A DNA stretch of 64,000 nucleotides. Source: an uncultured bacterium. Lineage in GTDB: Bacteria; Gemmatimonadota; Gemmatimonadetes; Gemmatimonadales; Gemmatimonadaceae. Shown here in pieces: positions 61,576 through 64,000 of the stretch. The notes under the pieces are model-generated. The model searched no databases, had not been told where the DNA came from, and saw only the letters and a program-made list of their open reading frames with translations. Each line of letters begins with the position of its first letter. Within the stretch, counting starts at the first letter, position 1. Made by a program: the position numbers and the translations under genes. Where the stretch lies: positions 32,001-96,000 of the forward strand of contig CAXBQP010000002.1 in assembly GCA_963978095.1 (NCBI GenBank), written 5' to 3'.

Positions 61576-61806
61576 TCAACCACCGAAGAGCGCCGGGATC
61601 CAGCGCACCAGGAGGTTCTGGAAGAGCAGATCCATGAGCGCGATGACGCCACCGATGAAGAGCGAGAGGATGACCACGCCGATGGCCAGCTGCCGCACCT
61701 GCGGCACATCCGGCCAGGTGACGCGCTTCATCTCCACCACCACCTCACGATAGAACTCCGTGAGGCGCTGGGGGACACTCGCCTTCGGGACCTCGGCGAC
61801 GGCCAC
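61576..61806 (-). CDS. secE: Preprotein translocase SecE
   Basis: EMKRVTWP plus a single TM; GTG start overlaps the rpmG stop. Confidence 0.93.
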   Translation of the reverse strand: MAVAEVPKASVPQRLTEFYREVVVEMKRVTWPDVPQVRQLAIGVVILSLFIGGVIALMDLLFQNLLVRWIPALFGG

Positions 61807-61958
61807 TACTTGGTCTCCTTGTGCACCTGATGCTTGTCGCACCGGGGGCAGTACTTCTTCCACTCCACGCGCTCCGGGTGGGTGCGCTTGTTCTTGGTCG
61901 TGAAGTAGTTCCGATTCTTGCACTCGCCGCAGGCGAGGATGATCTTTTCGCGGGGCAT
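61806..61958 (-). CDS. rpmG: 50S ribosomal protein L33 (zinc-binding C+ type)
   Basis: [23 protein letters not shown]...KKYCPRC. Confidence 0.97.
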   Translation of the reverse strand: MPREKIILACGECKNRNYFTTKNKRTHPERVEWKKYCPRCDKHQVHKETK

Positions 61959-62005
61959 GACCTTCGTCCTCAACAAAAGTTCGACCTTCACCAGCACCTG
62001 CTCAG

Positions 62006-62078
62006 AGCACGCAATCGGGATCGAACCGATGACCTCATCCTTACCAAGGATGTGCTCTACCGACTGAGCTATGCGTGC
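62006..62078 (-). tRNA. tRNA-Thr(GGT)
   Basis: Cloverleaf with CATCC-TTGGTAA-GGATG anticodon arm and GGTTCGA; CCA not encoded. Confidence 0.95.
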
Positions 62079-62141
62079 AACGTGCGCACCAACGCACCGA
62101 TCGTCGACCGACGACTGAATCCAACATCCTGCGACCACCAG

Positions 62142-62214
62142 AGCGGGAGACGGGGCTCGAACCCGCGACATCAAGCTTGGAAGGCTTGCGCTCTACCAGC
62201 TGAGCTACTCCCGC
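62142..62214 (-). tRNA. tRNA-Gly(TCC)
   Basis: GCGGGAG acceptor, CAAGC-CTTCCAA-GCTTG anticodon arm and GGTTCGA. Confidence 0.95.
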
Positions 62215-62297
62215 ACACTGCCGCCCGCCCACACGTCCCTCGACCGCTCACGCACTCGATCTGCCACTTGCGCCAGCTCCTGCGAATCCCGCTCCGA

Positions 62298-62380
62298 TGG
62301 TGGGGGAAGGATTCGAACCTTCGAAGGCTTGCGCCGGCAGATTTACAGTCTGCTCCCGTTGGCCACTTGGGTACCCCACC
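62298..62380 (-). tRNA. tRNA-Tyr(GTA)
   Basis: GGTGGGG acceptor, GCAGA-CTGTAAA-TCTGC anticodon arm and a long variable arm. Confidence 0.95.
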
Positions 62381-62472
62381 CTCACAAAACCGCGACTTCA
62401 GTTCGCCAAAGGGCGTCCCTGACCTGACTTGCCGCCACAACGAAAAACAGGCTTTTGCGGCCAGAGCCAAGT

Positions 62473-62501
62473 AAGATAAGCTGAATCAAGGGTTTGGTCA
62501 A
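62473..62501 (-). promoter_or_regulatory. Sigma70-type promoter of the tRNA-rpmG operon (TTGACC-N17-TATCTT)
   Basis: Consensus-like and matches the other two housekeeping promoters. Confidence 0.75.
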
Positions 62502-62785
62502 TGGGGAAAGTACAGGAACGTGACCTGTGCACGGACAAGAATGCATCAGGCGTTCCTACGAATCACAGCGGGCACCGAGGGTGGTCGCTCACTCGCCCCC
62601 CCCTCCGAGCCGACCCGCATTCGGGCCGACGGCAATGAAGTGTTACAAAATTGTAGAGAATCGACTTTTCAGGGGAGAATGGCCTCCTTTTCAGCTCCGA
62701 AATCGACGCCGACTGTTTACAATCCACGCACTTTTCTGTAGTATTTCGTCCCTCTGATTCACTTGCTCTTCCAACTGTCAATAAC

Positions 62786-63238
62786 TTGCCCGTTTCCTGT
62801 CGCCATCGTGCGGGCTATACGCTCATCGAAGCAATGGTCGTCGTGGTGATCGTTGGGATGATGGCGACGATCGCTATGCCGCGTATCGGCACGACTGTCG
62901 CTCGATCACGTATCGCCGCTCTCGAGGTTGTGGTCGGCAGTGATATGGCCAACGCTTTCGCGCTGGCAGCGCGCACGCGACGGCCGGTCACGCTGACCTA
63001 CGACGGCACCACGAAACAGTTGCTCACGAAGGACCGGGCGTCGGGCATCACACTCAGCGCCCGCTATCTGGGACAAGCGGCCGACCTTTCGGTCACGCGC
63101 GTGACGCTGTCGCCGGCGACCGGCATCACGATATTCCCCACGGGACTGGCGGACGATGCGCTCCAAGTGACCATCGCGAACGGCAGTTTTTCCCGGCAGC
63201 TCCGCTCGACCATCGCAGGGCAGATCACACGGCAATGA
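62786..63238 (+). CDS. Type IV minor pilin/pseudopilin (FimT/GspH-like)
   Basis: Class III signal RAG/YTLIEAMVVVVIVGMMATIAMP. Confidence 0.88.
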   Translation: MPVSCRHRAGYTLIEAMVVVVIVGMMATIAMPRIGTTVARSRIAALEVVVGSDMANAFALAARTRRPVTLTYDGTTKQLLTKDRASGITLSARYLGQAADLSVTRVTLSPATGITIFPTGLADDALQVTIANGSFSRQLRSTIAGQITRQ

Positions 63239-63669
63239 TCCGGCCGGTGCGCGAGCGGCCCCGACGGGGGGCGGGACTGCTTGAAGTGATCATCGCCGTT
63301 ATCCTCTTCGGCGTCATCGCCACCGTGAATCTGTCGGTCCTCACGCAACTCTCGCGCCGCCTGAGGGTCGTGGCGGCGGGCGCTGCGCGGTATGGGACGG
63401 AGAGTGAGGTTTCGAACCGCATGGCGTCATTGCCATACGACTCCGTGAGTGCGCACGCCGGCTGTCGCACCCTCACCACGGAGACGACGCCAAGCCGAGT
63501 GTGCGTTTCGGTGAGCTCGCAATCGACCACGCGCACCGTCACCGTGGTCTGGACTCCGACGGATGCCGCGATCCGGCCGGATTCGGTCATCCTCACGCGT
63601 AGCACCGCACCGACCGGCGCGTTGCGTCCCTACCCGACCACGTGGTCCAACAACAGCAAGGGATATTGA
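63235..63669 (+). CDS. Minor pilin (PilV-like)
   Basis: RRG/AGLLEVIIAVILF; coupled to the previous gene. Confidence 0.8.
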   Translation: MIRPVRERPRRGAGLLEVIIAVILFGVIATVNLSVLTQLSRRLRVVAAGAARYGTESEVSNRMASLPYDSVSAHAGCRTLTTETTPSRVCVSVSSQSTTRTVTVVWTPTDAAIRPDSVILTRSTAPTGALRPYPTTWSNNSKGY

Positions 63670-64000
63670 CCGTGGTCGCCACGACGCCATGGCCACCGCG
63701 GCGCGGGATGCGCCGGTGCGGATTCAGCATGATCGAGCTCCTCATCACCTTGGTGATGGTGGCGATCCTCGGTGCCGCGGCGAGCAGCATGTTGAAGAGT
63801 CAACTCCGCGGTTTCTCGCGCGTGAACGACCGCCAGGAAGCTCGAGCGGTCGCCCGGCTCGCGATGCAAGCGCTGGAGACGGAACTCGCGATGGTCGATG
63901 CGACGGCAGGCGGCGTGAATGGCGTGATCGCCGCCTCCAACGACTCGATCACCGTCCGCGTCCCGTACGCGTCGGGCGTCTTCTGCGCGAGCGGCACGAT
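63666..64000 (+). CDS. Minor pilin (PilW-like), partial at the window edge
   Basis: Manual translation ...RRCG/FSMIELLITLVMVAILG. Confidence 0.8.
   Translation, partial: MTVVATTPWPPRRGMRRCGFSMIELLITLVMVAILGAAASSMLKSQLRGFSRVNDRQEARAVARLAMQALETELAMVDATAGGVNGVIAASNDSITVRVPYASGVFCASGT

Overview
High-GC bacterial chromosome segment. RpoB/RpoC termini and gene content suggest Gemmatimonadota (inference, not database-checked). The minus-strand core cluster runs tRNA-Tyr/Gly/Thr, rpmG, secE, nusG, rplKAJL, rpoBC, rpsL, rpsG, fusA and is interrupted twice. A six-gene block (MFS, acyltransferase, RidA, MlaE/F/D-like) lies between rpoC and rpsL. A near-complete ~40 kb flagellar cluster, mostly on the + strand, lies between rpsG and fusA. 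A type IV minor-pilin operon starts at the right edge. Most notable observations: (1) the FliK-position protein carries an intact-looking M15 zinc peptidoglycan peptidase domain, while FlgJ has no hydrolase domain; (2) eleven sigma54 -24/-12 motifs, eight inside upstream ORFs, plus a recurring GCGGCA-N5-TGCCGC palindrome and IHF-like sites; (3) a ~470-nt leader before fusA with many nested helices; (4) several apparently degenerate proteins (FlhG Walker A, MlaF-like ATPase, a ChpT-like pseudokinase, FliM without its CheY-binding peptide). All calls come from reading motifs by eye; no searches were run.
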